From contig JASGHJ010000001.1 of NCBI GenBank assembly GCA_047602405.1, positions 2,330,423 through 2,394,422 on the forward strand: a DNA stretch of 64,000 nucleotides, in the 5' to 3' direction. The notes under the pieces are model-generated. The model was not told the origin of the DNA. It did no database searches and was given only the letters and a program-made list of their open reading frames with translations. Below are positions 9,596 to 19,623 of this stretch, piece by piece; the first letter of the stretch is position 1, and each line of letters begins with the position of its first letter. This DNA is from Anaeromyxobacteraceae bacterium. GTDB taxonomy: Bacteria; Myxococcota; Myxococcia; Myxococcales; Anaeromyxobacteraceae. Position numbers and translations under genes: made by a program.

Positions 9596-10799
9596 ATGCG
9601 TACGACCACCACCTCCCGGGCGCTGCTCGCGCTCCTCGTGTCCACCCTGGCGCTCCCCGGCGCCGCCGCCGCGCAGGCCGGGACCGCGCCGGCCGCGCCG
9701 AGGAAGACGCGGGTCGCCGTCCTCGAGCTGAAGGCCATCGGCGTCGAGGCCGCGAAGGCGGAGCTGCTCTCCGAGATCGCGCTCTCCGAGGCCGCCGCGC
9801 TGCCGTACCTCGAGGTCATCGGCAAGAGCGACATCACCTCGATGCTGGGCTTCGAGAAGCAGAAGAAGATGCTCGGCTGCGAGGAGGACTCCGCCTGCAT
9901 CGCCGAGATCGGCGGCGCGCTCGGCGTGAAGCTCGTGCTCGTCGGCTCGGTCGGGAAGATCGGCTCGCTCTACCGGGTGGACCTCAAGGTCCTCGACACG
10001 GCGAAGGCGGGCAACGTCCGCCGGCAGGGCACGAACGTCGAGGGCGCCGAGGAGAAGATGGTGCCCGCGATCCAGCGCGCGGTCCGCCTGCCTCTTCGCG
10101 CCGGAGGCGCAGGCGGCGGGCATGCCGGTGAACGCCGCGCTCGACGAGCTCCAGGGCGGCGCGGCGCCGCAGCCCGAGAACGTGCTCGCGCCCGCCGGGC
10201 CGAAGCTCCGCAAGTGGATCTTCGGCGTGCGGCTCGCGCTCGCGCGGCCCAACGGCAGCATCGACGGCACGGCCAAGATGGCCGACTGGGTGAAGCCCCA
10301 CGCCGCCTTCGGCCTCGACCTCTTCTACAAGGTGACCCCGCACCTCTCGTGGGGCGGCTCGCTCAGCTACGGCGCCGGGAAGGCGGGGCCGGTCCTGAAG
10401 GACTTCTGCCTCGTCGACAACGGCGCCGGCCCGGTGCAGCTCACCTGCAATCCGGCCATCATCCGCCTCGCGCTCGACCTCAACTACGACCTCGCCGACC
10501 AGGAGGCGAAGCTCGTCCCCTGGCTCAACGCGGGCGTGGGCTTCGAGTCGCTCATCGTCACGATCAACGGCAGCTCGAACAACTCGATCTCGGCGAGCGG
10601 CTTCGAGCCCTTCCACGGCGGCGCCGGCCTCGACCTCCGCGCGGGCAAGCTGCGCTTCGGGCCCTACGTCATGATCAGCGTGGCGAAGTACTCGACCCTC
10701 GAGGTCAAGGTGAACGGGAACACGCAGTCCGGGTCCATCAACGACACCAAGGTCCACTCGCTCCTGTTCCTGGGCCTGCGCGGCGCGGCCGAGTTCTAG
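9596..10799 (+). CDS. Secreted protein: TolB-N/CsgG-like alpha/beta domain followed by outer-membrane beta-barrel; probable frameshift near 10090
   Basis: Signal peptide, [11 protein letters not shown]...[18 protein letters not shown]...VGSVGKIG; the next frame gives amphipathic strands ending in Phe (GLRGAAEF). Confidence 0.6.
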
Positions 10800-10803
10800 C
10801 GGC

Positions 10804-11496
10804 GTGGCGAAGGCCAGGCCCGCACGGCCACGCCGGCGCGCGCCCTCCGGGGAGAAGCGGGCCCGCGCGGCGGAGGTGCTCGACCGGCTCGAGGTCGCGA
10901 TGCCCGACGTGCGCATCGCGCTCGACTTCGGGACCGACCTCGAGCTCCTCGTGTCGGTCGTGCTGTCGGCGCAGAGCACCGACGCCGGCGTGAACAAGGC
11001 GACGCCCGCGCTCTTCCGGGCGTTCCCCGACGCCGCGGCGTACGCCCGCGCCCGCCCCGAGGAGCTCTGGCCGTTCATCCGGACCCTCGGGCTCTACCGC
11101 AACAAGGCGAAGGCCATCGTCGCCGCGGCGCAGGCAATCGCCGCGGCGCACGGCGGGAAGGTCCCGCGCACGCGCGAGGCGCTCGAGGCGCTGCCCGGCG
11201 TGGGGCGGAAGACCGCGGGCGTCGTGCTCGTGCACCTCGGCGCCGGGGCGGCGTTCCCCGTGGACACCCACGTCGGCCGCGTCTCGCGGCGGCTCGACTT
11301 CACCCGCGAGGAGGATCCCGACCGCGTGGAGGAGGACCTCTGCGCACTCTTCCCGGAGGAGCGCTGGGCGAAGGGCCACCAGCTCCTCGTCTGGCACGGC
11401 CGGCGGACCTGCGACGCCCTGCGTCCCGCCTGCTCGCGCTGCCCGGTGGAGCCGCTGTGCCCGAAGCGCGGGACGCCGCGCACGATGCGCCGCTGA
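10804..11496 (+). CDS. nth: Endonuclease III
   Basis: LSAQSTD, LPGVGRKTA helix-hairpin-helix, VDTHV, C-x6-C-x2-C-x5-C Fe-S motif. Confidence 0.95.
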   Translation: MAKARPARPRRRAPSGEKRARAAEVLDRLEVAMPDVRIALDFGTDLELLVSVVLSAQSTDAGVNKATPALFRAFPDAAAYARARPEELWPFIRTLGLYRNKAKAIVAAAQAIAAAHGGKVPRTREALEALPGVGRKTAGVVLVHLGAGAAFPVDTHVGRVSRRLDFTREEDPDRVEEDLCALFPEERWAKGHQLLVWHGRRTCDALRPACSRCPVEPLCPKRGTPRTMRR

Positions 11497-11518
11497 CCCG
11501 CTCCCGACGTGGGCTTCC

Positions 11519-11610
11519 GAGGGGCTCCCGCCCGACGCGGAGCTCCTCTCGAAGCCGTTCACGCCGGAGCAGCTCCTCGCGCGCGTCGCCGAGGTGCTGC
11601 GGCAGGCGGG
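11519..11610 (+). pseudogene. Start-less C-terminal remnant of a receiver (REC) domain
   Basis: Translates EGLPPDAELLSKPFTPEQLLARVAEVLRQA (KPF + alpha5 pattern); no in-frame start between the nth stop and this segment. Confidence 0.55.
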
Positions 11611-11638
11611 GGCGGGCGACCGACGGGACGGTCCCGCC

Positions 11639-11689
11639 CCGCTCGCCCCGAGCGTAGACGTCGCGGAGCGGCGTCGGAGACGAGGGGCG
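11639..11689 (+). repeat. Single REP-like element, same family as 2913/3477
   Basis: ccgctcgccccgagcGTAGacgtcgcggagcggcgtcggagacgaggggcg between convergent genes. Confidence 0.6.
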
Positions 11690-11692
11690 CCC

Positions 11693-12760
11693 TCAGAGGC
11701 TCGGCCGAAGCCTGCGCCGGGCCTGCGCCTGCGCGTGCGCGACCGCCCACTCGCCCGCGACCCGCTCGCGCCAGCGGCGCTCGAGCTCGAGCCGGATCCG
11801 CGGTCCCGCCTCGCCGAGGAGCACCTCGGCCGCGGAGCGCGGCGGGGCATCCGGCACGCGCGGGGCCTCGCCGAGCGCCAGGAGCCGGTCCGCGAGCGAG
11901 GCGTGCGTCTCTCCCGGGCGGGCGCGCTCGTCGAGCGCCACGAGCAGCGCGAGCTCGGCGACCGGCCCGGTCATGCCCAGGGCGAGCGCCTCGGGGACCT
12001 CCTCGAGGTGCCGCTCCGGGGGCGCCGCGCTCGCGGCGAGGGCCGCGCGGAGGCGCGGCTGGAGGTGCCGCGCGAGGGCGTGCTCGGCGAGCCGCGTCCC
12101 GAGGAGCGCGTCGGCGGTCGCGGAGGCGCCGGCGATCCGCGCCGCCTCGCGGTCGGCCTCGCGCTCGCCGGCGCGCGCGAGCGCGAGGCTCGCCGCCGAG
12201 AACCACGGCCGGTAGGACGCGAGGAGGCGGCGCAGCGCCCGCGCGACGGGGCCGCGCCGCGCCTCGAGCTCGGGCCCGAGCACGTCGAAGGTCTGCCGGA
12301 GCCGGTGGACCCAGGCCGCGCTCTCGCCGTGGCCGCCGGCGACGTGCGCGAGCTCGTGCGCGAGCACGGCCCGCAGCGCCTCCGGGCCGAGCGCCGCGAG
12401 GAGCGGCCAGCCCAGGGCGAGCTCGTTGAGGGTCGCGCCCGGGAATCCGAGGCGCGGCGTCTGCCAGACGCCGGCGTCGAGCTCGTCCGAGACGAGCACC
12501 GCGTGCAGCCGCGGGCCGGGTGCCGCGGCGCGGACCTCGTCGAGCGCCGCGAAGAGCGCCGGGACCTCCTCGCGCGTGACCGGCACGCCGCGCGGCCGGT
12601 CCGGGGCGCGGGTGGTGGCGCGCAGCACGGCGGCGAGGAACCCGAGCACGGCGAAGGTGAGCACGCCGAGCGCGGCGAGCGCGAGCCGGTAGCGCCCGGG
12701 GTGGGCGTCGGCGAGCCGCTCGAAGCGCGCGGCGGTCCGGCGGAAGCGCTCGGGGGTCAT
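11693..12760 (-). CDS. M48 family metallopeptidase
   Basis: AVLAHELAH, EREAD, THASLADRL. Confidence 0.85.
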   Translation of the reverse strand: MTPERFRRTAARFERLADAHPGRYRLALAALGVLTFAVLGFLAAVLRATTRAPDRPRGVPVTREEVPALFAALDEVRAAAPGPRLHAVLVSDELDAGVWQTPRLGFPGATLNELALGWPLLAALGPEALRAVLAHELAHVAGGHGESAAWVHRLRQTFDVLGPELEARRGPVARALRRLLASYRPWFSAASLALARAGEREADREAARIAGASATADALLGTRLAEHALARHLQPRLRAALAASAAPPERHLEEVPEALALGMTGPVAELALLVALDERARPGETHASLADRLLALGEAPRVPDAPPRSAAEVLLGEAGPRIRLELERRWRERVAGEWAVAHAQAQARRRLRPSL

Positions 12761-12846
12761 GGCGACGAAGCGAGACCTCTCATCTCCTCGGGGGAGCCTA
12801 ACAGGCGGCGCGGCCGGGCGCCCCTCCGGGCGATGATGCGGTGCAC

Positions 12847-13947
12847 ATGCGCACCCCGGCCCGGCTCGATCTCAGGTCCCTGAACCGCGCGACCCTCGCG
12901 CGCCAGCTCCTGCTCGCCCGGGCGCGCGCGCCCGCGCTCGAGGCCATCGAGCAGCTCGCCGGCCTGCAGGCGCAGCTCGCGCGGCCGCCGTTCGTGGCGC
13001 TCTGGAGCCGCCTCCAGGGCTTCTCGCGCGACGAGCTCGCCGCGCTCGTGCAGGGGAGGAAGGCGGTGCGGGCGCCGTTCTTCCGGCACACCCTCCACCT
13101 CGTCTCCGCGCGCGACTACCTCGCGTTCCGCGGCGTCGTGCAGGCCGCGCTCGAGCGGGCGGCGGTGACGCACCTCAAGAAGGTGAAGGACCCGGACGCC
13201 GTCCTCCGGACGGCCCGCGCGCTCCTCGCCGCGCCGCTCACGTACGGCGCGCTCCGGGACGGCCTCGTGAGGAAGCACCCGCGCGGCGACCCGATGTCGC
13301 TCGCCTTCGTGCCGCGCACGCGGCTGCCGCTCGTGCAGCTGCCCGGCGAGGGCCCGTGGTCGTACCCGGCGAACGCGGCGCTCGCCACCGCGGAGGCGTG
13401 GCTCGGGAGGTCCCCCGCGTCGGACGGAGACCGCGCCCGCGAGGCGCTCGCGGTCCGCTACCTCGCCGCCTTCGGCCCGGCGAGCGCGGCCGACGTGCGC
13501 GAGTGGTCGGGCGTGCCGGAGTGGAAGCCGGTGCTCGAGCGGCTCCGGGAGCGGCTCGTCGCCGTCGAGGGCCCGGACGGGCGGGAGCTCCTCGACCTCC
13601 CGGACGCCCCGAGGCCGGGCGGCGACGTGCCCGCGCCGGTGCGGTTCCTGCCCGACTTCGACAACCTCCTGCTCGGGCACGCCGACCGCACGCGCGTGAT
13701 GCCCCCTTCCGCGCGGCCCGCCTTCGCGGCGAGGAACGGGATGGTCCCGGGGGCCGTGCTGATCGACGGCTTCGTCGGCGCGACCTGGCGCGCCGAGGTG
13801 AAGGGCGGCCGGATCGCGGTGGCGGTCGCGCCGCTCGGGAAGCTCACGGGGGCGCGGCGCGCCGAGGTCGAGGCGGAGGCCGACGCGCTCGCGGCGTTCC
13901 TCGAGCCGGAGGCGAGGGCGCGCGAGGTGAGGGTGGGGAAGGCCTGA
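12847..13947 (+). CDS. AlkZ/HTH_42 winged-helix DNA glycosylase family
   Basis: LNRATLARQLLL, GLQAQ, LWSRL, RHTLHLV, YLAAFGPAS, RFLPDFDNLLLGH. Confidence 0.88.
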   Translation: MRTPARLDLRSLNRATLARQLLLARARAPALEAIEQLAGLQAQLARPPFVALWSRLQGFSRDELAALVQGRKAVRAPFFRHTLHLVSARDYLAFRGVVQAALERAAVTHLKKVKDPDAVLRTARALLAAPLTYGALRDGLVRKHPRGDPMSLAFVPRTRLPLVQLPGEGPWSYPANAALATAEAWLGRSPASDGDRAREALAVRYLAAFGPASAADVREWSGVPEWKPVLERLRERLVAVEGPDGRELLDLPDAPRPGGDVPAPVRFLPDFDNLLLGHADRTRVMPPSARPAFAARNGMVPGAVLIDGFVGATWRAEVKGGRIAVAVAPLGKLTGARRAEVEAEADALAAFLEPEARAREVRVGKA

Positions 13948-14003
13948 CCCGAGGTGGCCACGCGGGCGCCGTCACGCCGCCCGGCCCCGCACCTCTTCAC
14001 GGA

Positions 14004-15203
14004 ATGGCCCACCCCCCACGCGCCCTCGCGGCGGTCGTGCTCGCGCTCCTCTCGCCAGCGGCGGCGCGCGGCGAGGCCGTCCCGCCCGACTCCCCTCGCT
14101 GGGCGCTCGAGGGAGGGGCCCGGCTGTCCGAGGTGCAGGGCCGGCCCTGCCTCCTCCTCGACGGCGGCGCCGCGACCGTGAAGGAGCTCCTCCTGCGCGA
14201 CGGCGTCATCGACGTGGACGTCTTCACCTCGGCGGCGCGCGGCTTCCTCGGGATCCAGTTCCGGGTCGCCGGCGAGGACGGCGAGTGGATCTACCTGCGC
14301 CCGCACAAGTCGGGCCTGCCCGACGCGATCCAGTACACGCCGGTGCTGCACACCGGGCTCAACTGGCAGCTCTACAGCGGCCCGGGCTTCACCGCGCCGC
14401 TCGAGATCCCGGTCGGCGCGTGGTTCCACCTGCGGGTCGTCCTCGAGGGGGCGCAGGCGCGACTGTACGTGAAGGGGCTCGAGCGCCCCGCGCTCGTCGT
14501 CGAGGATCTCAAGAGCGGCGTCGAGCGGGGCGAGGTGGCGCTCGCGGTCCTGACCGGGGCCACCTGCTTCGCGGGCTTCGAGGTCCGCGCGACGCCCGAT
14601 GCGCCCTGGGAGCGCCATCTGCCGCCCATGCCGCCCGGCACGCTCACCCGCTGGGCCCTGTCGCCGGCGTACGACGCGCTCGAGCGCGACCTCGAGCGGC
14701 CGCTCACGGCGAAGGAGCTGAGGGAGATCCCCTGGCAGGAGGTGGTCGCCGAGGCCCCAGGTCTCGTCCCGATCAACCGCTACCGCGAGAGCCCCCACCC
14801 GCGCGTCAGCTTCGCGAGCGACTTCTCGAGGCGGCTCGAGCCGCAGCCCGGCATGAAGGTGGTCTACGCGCGCACGCGGATCGACGCGCCGCGGGACGAG
14901 GTGAGGAAGCTCGCGCTCGGCTACAGCGACGAGGTGAGCGTGTTCCTCGACGGGCGCATCCTGTGGCGGGGGCGCAGCGCGCAGAACTTCCGGGACCCGG
15001 GCTTCCTCGGCATCGTCGACGCCGAGGACGACGCGGTCTGGCTGCCGCTCCGGAAGGGCCCGAACGAGCTCGTGCTCGCGGTGGGCGAGCTCGGCGGCGG
15101 CTGGGGCTTCGTCGCCCGGCTCGCGGGGGCGGCCGGCGAGGCCGCCGGGGATCAACGGCCGAACAGCCGCGCGAGCCAGGACCGCCGCGGCGCCCGGCGG
15201 TAG
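14004..15203 (+). CDS. Secreted hypothetical protein with concanavalin/DUF1080-like N-terminal domain
   Basis: Signal peptide, DGVIDVDV..FLGIQFR..EWIYLRPH, WFHLRVVLEG; C-terminal LGYSDEVSVFLDG..LRKGPNELVL. Confidence 0.65.
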   Translation: MAHPPRALAAVVLALLSPAAARGEAVPPDSPRWALEGGARLSEVQGRPCLLLDGGAATVKELLLRDGVIDVDVFTSAARGFLGIQFRVAGEDGEWIYLRPHKSGLPDAIQYTPVLHTGLNWQLYSGPGFTAPLEIPVGAWFHLRVVLEGAQARLYVKGLERPALVVEDLKSGVERGEVALAVLTGATCFAGFEVRATPDAPWERHLPPMPPGTLTRWALSPAYDALERDLERPLTAKELREIPWQEVVAEAPGLVPINRYRESPHPRVSFASDFSRRLEPQPGMKVVYARTRIDAPRDEVRKLALGYSDEVSVFLDGRILWRGRSAQNFRDPGFLGIVDAEDDAVWLPLRKGPNELVLAVGELGGGWGFVARLAGAAGEAAGDQRPNSRASQDRRGARR

Positions 15204-15538
15204 AACTCCACCGCGCCGCGCGCGAGGTAGCGCGCGGTGGGCGGGACGAACGCGATGGGGAGGCGCGACGGCGGGAGCTCCCGCAGGAGCGCGAGGGCGC
15301 GCTGCTCGATGGCCCCGCGCGCGCCGGCCGGGCAGTCGATGCCGATGGCCCAGGTGAAGTAGGCCTCGCGGTCCTCCGGCAGGACCTCCATGACGCCGAG
15401 GCGCGCGGCGCTCACCTCGGGGCACTCGGCGAGGAGCCCGACGAGCGCCGCGAGCGCGTCGTTCGGCCGGTCCTCGGGGGCGCCGAGCCGGACCTGCGTG
15501 GCCCGCGAGAACTCCCAGGTGACGACGTGGCTCTCCAT
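15152..15538 (-). CDS. SseB C-terminal domain-like protein
   Basis: VRLGAPEDRP..L..LL...PEVSAARL, ending FYRR..SWLARLFGR. Confidence 0.6.
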   Translation of the reverse strand: MESHVVTWEFSRATQVRLGAPEDRPNDALAALVGLLAECPEVSAARLGVMEVLPEDREAYFTWAIGIDCPAGARGAIEQRALALLRELPPSRLPIAFVPPTARYLARGAVEFYRRAPRRSWLARLFGR

Positions 15539-15665
15539 GGCCCGCGAGCGTAACGCGCCCGGGGCCGCCGCCGATCACCCTGAGGTGTGGCCCCGAAATC
15601 CGTGAGCCCCTCCACCAGTGGTGTAACTTCCGGGGCGCGCGCCGCGGCGGTGCGTGGCGCCGACC

Positions 15666-16262
15666 TCAGCCGGCGCGCTCGGCCCTGCGGCGCGCGGTCC
15701 CGAGGAAGATGCGCCGGATCCACGCGCTGAACGGGCCAATGAGGAGCCAGTACGCGCCGAACGCGAGCCCCGCGCGGCGGCCGCGCGTCCTCGCCCAGGT
15801 CTCGGTCCAGAGGATCGAGCCGCCCTCGTGCGGCTCGGCGCGGAAGTTCGCGACCACGCCCAGCGGCGCGCTCCCGAGCGCCTCCCGGAACGCCGCGGGT
15901 GACGCGCAGACCTCGCGCGCCGAGCGCCCCCGCGGCGGGAGCATGATCCCGAACACGAACTCCCGCCCGGCCTCCTCCTCGAGGATCGCGAACGGCGTGG
16001 TGGAGAAGGTCGCCCGCAGGGTCCAGTCCGCCGGGACACCCATCCCGCGCAGCGTGAAGAGCGCGCTCACGATCGGCATCTCGCCGATGCGGGAGTCCGC
16101 GAGCGCCTCGAGCGCGCGGGCCGGCGGCGCCGCGATGGGGAGCTGGTGTGCCTCGAGGAGCCGGAAGCCGTCGCGCCAGCGGTCGAGCGCGCAGGCGGGC
16201 CTCCTGCTCGTCCCGAACGCAGGGCCGCGCAGCGACCCGAAGAAGGACCAGGGGTGGAGCAT
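15666..16262 (-). CDS. DUF2867-like hypothetical protein (start uncertain)
   Basis: LFTLRG, ILWTETWA, FGAYWLLIGPFSAWIRR. Confidence 0.6.
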   Translation of the reverse strand: MLHPWSFFGSLRGPAFGTSRRPACALDRWRDGFRLLEAHQLPIAAPPARALEALADSRIGEMPIVSALFTLRGMGVPADWTLRATFSTTPFAILEEEAGREFVFGIMLPPRGRSAREVCASPAAFREALGSAPLGVVANFRAEPHEGGSILWTETWARTRGRRAGLAFGAYWLLIGPFSAWIRRIFLGTARRRAERAG

Positions 16263-16381
16263 GCGGGGATTCTGGCCGGGAGCGCCCGGCCGCGCGAGCC
16301 CGTCCGCAGCCCTCGCCGGGTGCCCGCCGGCCGGCCCGCCCTGCGTTGAACCGGCCGGTGCCGCGTGCTACACCCGCGATG

Positions 16382-16786
16382 CCGGAGCCGCCCGGGCGTA
16401 CGCGTCGGCCTGCAGGGCAGGGGTCGCCGAGGAAAGTCCGGGCACCACAGGGCAGGGTGCCGGCCAACGGCCGGTCGGGGTGACCCGCAGGAAAGTGCAA
16501 CAGAGAGCAGACCGCCGAACGGCGCCGCGAGGCGCGCGTGGCAAGGGTGAAACGGTGCGGTAAGAGCGCACCGCGCTCCCGGTGACGGGGGCGGCATGGC
16601 AAACCCCACCTGGTGCAAGAGCAAATAGGGAGGCGTCCTCGCCGCGAGGCGAGGTGTCAGGCGGCCCGCCTCAAGCCTCCGGGTACGGCTCGCTCGAGGC
16701 GCGCAGCAATGCGTGTCCCAGATGAATGTCCGCCGCCGCGGAGAGCATCCCGCGGATACAGAACCCGGCTTACAGGGCGGCTCCGG
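16382..16786 (+). ncRNA. rnpB: RNase P RNA, bacterial type A
   Basis: GAGGAAAGTCCGGGC, GAAAGTGCAACAGAGAG, GGGTGAAACGGTGCGGTAAGAGCGCACC, GGCAAACCCCAC, ACAGAACCCGGCTTA; ends pair (ccggagccgccc / gggcggctccgg). Confidence 0.97.
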
Positions 16787-16810
16787 TCTTTCTTCGCGCA
16801 GGGCGGCAGG

Positions 16811-16902
16811 TGCTATCAAATTGGATAGCAACCGCAGGCTTCTGACGAGCGCGCTGTCTGCCGTACCCGGTCGGGTGAAAAGTACAACATCCGGATGTTG
16901 TA
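16811..16902. other. Two AT-rich 20-bp palindromes between convergent rnpB and DUF1428 gene (terminators or binding sites)
   Basis: tgctatcaaattggatagca (16811-16830, one mismatch) and perfect tacaacatccggatgttgta (16883-16902). Confidence 0.6.
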
Positions 16903-16987
16903 ACTTTCGGGGCGTGACTCGACGGCCCGACGCCGTGGCCCTCGAGCTCACGGCGCGGCGCTTCACCTGCACGCCCCGCCGCCCGGC

Positions 16988-17338
16988 TCACCAGCCCAGG
17001 AGCACCTCGAACCCGGCCATGGCCATGCGCTTCACGTCGAAGGGCATCGTGGTCATGCCGGCCATGCGCGGGTCCTTCATGACCTTCGCGTTAACCCGGT
17101 CGCGGTGGGCGCGCGACCGGTAGAGGATGAAGGAGAACACCACGGTCTCGCCGGCCTTCAGGCGGGCCATCTTCTTGAAGCCCTGGCCGAAGCCCTTCAG
17201 GTCCTCGGCGACGCACTCCCGGTAGCCGAGCGCGCCGTGGTCCTTCCACACCCTGGCGCCGAGCTTCGCCATGGCGAGGTACGCCTTCAGCTGCTTCCGG
17301 GGAATCGGGATGACGAAGCCGTCCACGTAGCCGGGCAT
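16988..17338 (-). CDS. DUF1428 family protein
   Basis: YVDGFVIPIP, HGALGYRECVAED, ETVVFSFI, MPFDVKRM. Confidence 0.9.
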   Translation of the reverse strand: MPGYVDGFVIPIPRKQLKAYLAMAKLGARVWKDHGALGYRECVAEDLKGFGQGFKKMARLKAGETVVFSFILYRSRAHRDRVNAKVMKDPRMAGMTTMPFDVKRMAMAGFEVLLGW

Positions 17339-17416
17339 GAGCACCTCCGGGTCGCCGGCGACGTCGGTCGGTCCGCGTCGCAGGGCGCCGGACGAGGAGC
17401 GTACGCCGGTCCCCCG

Positions 17417-18515
17417 TCATCGGAGCAGCCCGGGCCACCATCGCCACTCGCACGTGTCGGCGAGGCGGGGGTCGTAGGCCGCGGACATGCCACCGAGGAT
17501 CACGGTCCCGTCGCGGCCGATGCTCACGTCACGTGAATGCGCGACGGCAGGGAGCTCGACCGTGCCGCAGGACTCGCCGTTCGGGGCGATGAGCTCGATC
17601 CCGACGTGCTCGTGGTCGAAGACGGACGGGGGCAGGATCGCGTTCGCGCCGCCGCCCCGGACGAGGACCACGTTCCAGGGAGGGACGCCGTCGAGCCACG
17701 CGGGCGCCGCAGCGACCTGCGTGTCGTCGTCGCGGACCGTGCCCCACGTCTCGCCGAGCGGTGCCTGCTGCCAGACCGCGAGGGAGCCATCGGCGAGGAG
17801 CGTCGACGCAGGGACGGCGGGCCACGCCACGCCCGGGTTCGCGAACGGCTCGGACGTCGGGCCCTTCGGCCCGACCCACCGGAGCAACGATCGTGGCGCT
17901 GCGCCCCCGTCGTCCGCCGTGACCGCGACGAGCGCATGGCCCGATCGCCCCACGCCCACGACGCCGTAGAGCCCGGGGAGGGCCAGGGCGGCGGTGACCG
18001 CGCCGGCGGCGGTCCTCCATTGCACCTCCGGGGCCGCAGGACCGTCGCGGTGCTCGAGGAACACGACCGAATCCGCCCCGTGGGTTCACGTGGACGGAGG
18101 CGCCCGAGGCCTCCTCGTACACGCGCCTCCCGCCGAGTGCGTCGACCCCCACGAACGCCCGGGTGGAGGTCCCCTCGGTCATCTGAAAGCCGTCCTCCAT
18201 GGGCGCGAAGGTCGGGCTCGCGGGATAGGTCACGAACATGCTCGCCAGGGGCGCGCCTCCCGCGATGGGGACGAAGTCGAACGTCCATGCGCGCGGGTAC
18301 CCGTGCCCGAGCGCCACGTACCTCCCGGTCCCGTCGGTGGTGCCGAGACAGCCCTCCGAGTAGGTGCCCTTGCCGGTCGCCGTCGTGAACGGGCCCGGAG
18401 CGGGGACGAGCCCCTCGCAGGTGGATGGCGGGGCCGACGGGGCCGGTGTCGAGCCGGGCGTGCAGGCCACCAGCCAGGCGCCGCATGCGACGCCGCGAAG
18501 CCGCCTCCAGCTCAT
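17417..18515 (-). CDS. Hypothetical lipoprotein; frameshift near 18065
   Basis: MSWRRLRGVACGAWLVAC lipobox-like; ends CEWRWWPGLLR; the two ORF-track halves join across frames. Confidence 0.55.
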
Positions 18516-18750
18516 CCCCACCCCCCGTGGGAAACCCTTGCCCCGGTGAAAGGATGCCGAGGCGGCCGGTGAACGGAAGGGCTCCTGGGAGGGCGGCCTC
18601 GTCGTCACCACCGCGCGTGACGTGACGTGCCGTCCACACCCGCACAGTCCGTGCGGCCATCTGCCACGCTCCGCGCCAGGCCCTCCCGCCGCCGTGGAGG
18701 GCGGGTCCGTGGGATGCTACGCAGAGGATGGCCGAGGGGAGGGTGACCTG

Positions 18751-19293
18751 GTGAAGAGGTTCCTGATCGCGGCGTGCTTGCTCTTGCCGGTCGCGCTCGT
18801 GGCCCGCGCCAACTCCGCGCCGCCTCTGACCTACTGGATCCACGAGGACGCGCCGGGCGCGGTGCGGATCTGCGCGAGCGGGGAGGACTGCTCCGGCCGC
18901 GTGCTCCTCCGCCGGGACGTCGCCACGGGCGCCGTCGTGTCGATGACCTCCTGCGGGAGCGGCGCGACCGCCGGGTGTTACCTCGACGAGTGTGTCCCCG
19001 CGGGCACGTACCAGTACGGCCTCCAGGTGCCCTACGCCTGCGACGAGCGCTGGGGCGCGTTCTACTACGCGCAGGAAGACGTGGTCGGCGCGCCCGCGGG
19101 CTGCACGCGCACGCTGCCAGCGCCTGTGGCCGCGGCGTCCGTGCCGTGGGGGGCGTCGGACGTGATCTGCACGTCGAACTACCACGGCCCCGAGACCACG
19201 GTCGGCTGCTCGAGCACCGGCGCGGTCGTGGGGCTCAACCTCCTCGCCATCGGCGCGGGCCTCGCGCTGCGCCGCCGCCGGCGCGCCGGGTGA
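18751..19293 (+). CDS. Cys-rich secreted protein with MYXO-CTERM-like anchor
   Basis: GTG start after GGAGG, signal peptide, C-terminus VGCSSTGAVVGLNLLAIGAGLALRRRRRAG. Confidence 0.7.
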   Translation: MKRFLIAACLLLPVALVARANSAPPLTYWIHEDAPGAVRICASGEDCSGRVLLRRDVATGAVVSMTSCGSGATAGCYLDECVPAGTYQYGLQVPYACDERWGAFYYAQEDVVGAPAGCTRTLPAPVAAASVPWGASDVICTSNYHGPETTVGCSSTGAVVGLNLLAIGAGLALRRRRRAG

Positions 19294-19604
19294 GCGGGTA
19301 CGCGGCCGCGCTCGCGCTGACGCTCGCGGTGGAGGTGCCGCTCGTGGCGGCCCTCTTCCCCGGGCGGCGCCTCCGCATGGCGGCGCTCGCGGCGGTCGCC
19401 ACGACGGCGACGCACCTCTTCATGGGCTTCGGCCTCCCGCGGCTCGTCGCGCCGGGCGCGTGGCTCCTCGCCGGCGAGGCCTTCGCCACCGCCGCCGAGG
19501 CCGCGGCCTACGCCCTCGCGACGCGGAACCTCCCGCGCGCGCTCGTGGCGTCCGGCCTCGCGAACCTGGCGAGCTTCCTCGCCGGGGCGTGGCTCCTCGG
19601 CTGA
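19290..19604 (+). CDS. Small integral membrane protein
   Basis: GTGA overlap with the upstream stop; ALALTLAVEVPLV..ATHL..GEAFATAAEA..ANLASF. Confidence 0.65.
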   Translation: MSGYAAALALTLAVEVPLVAALFPGRRLRMAALAAVATTATHLFMGFGLPRLVAPGAWLLAGEAFATAAEAAAYALATRNLPRALVASGLANLASFLAGAWLLG

Positions 19605-19623
19605 AGGCGCCGGGTCCGCAACC

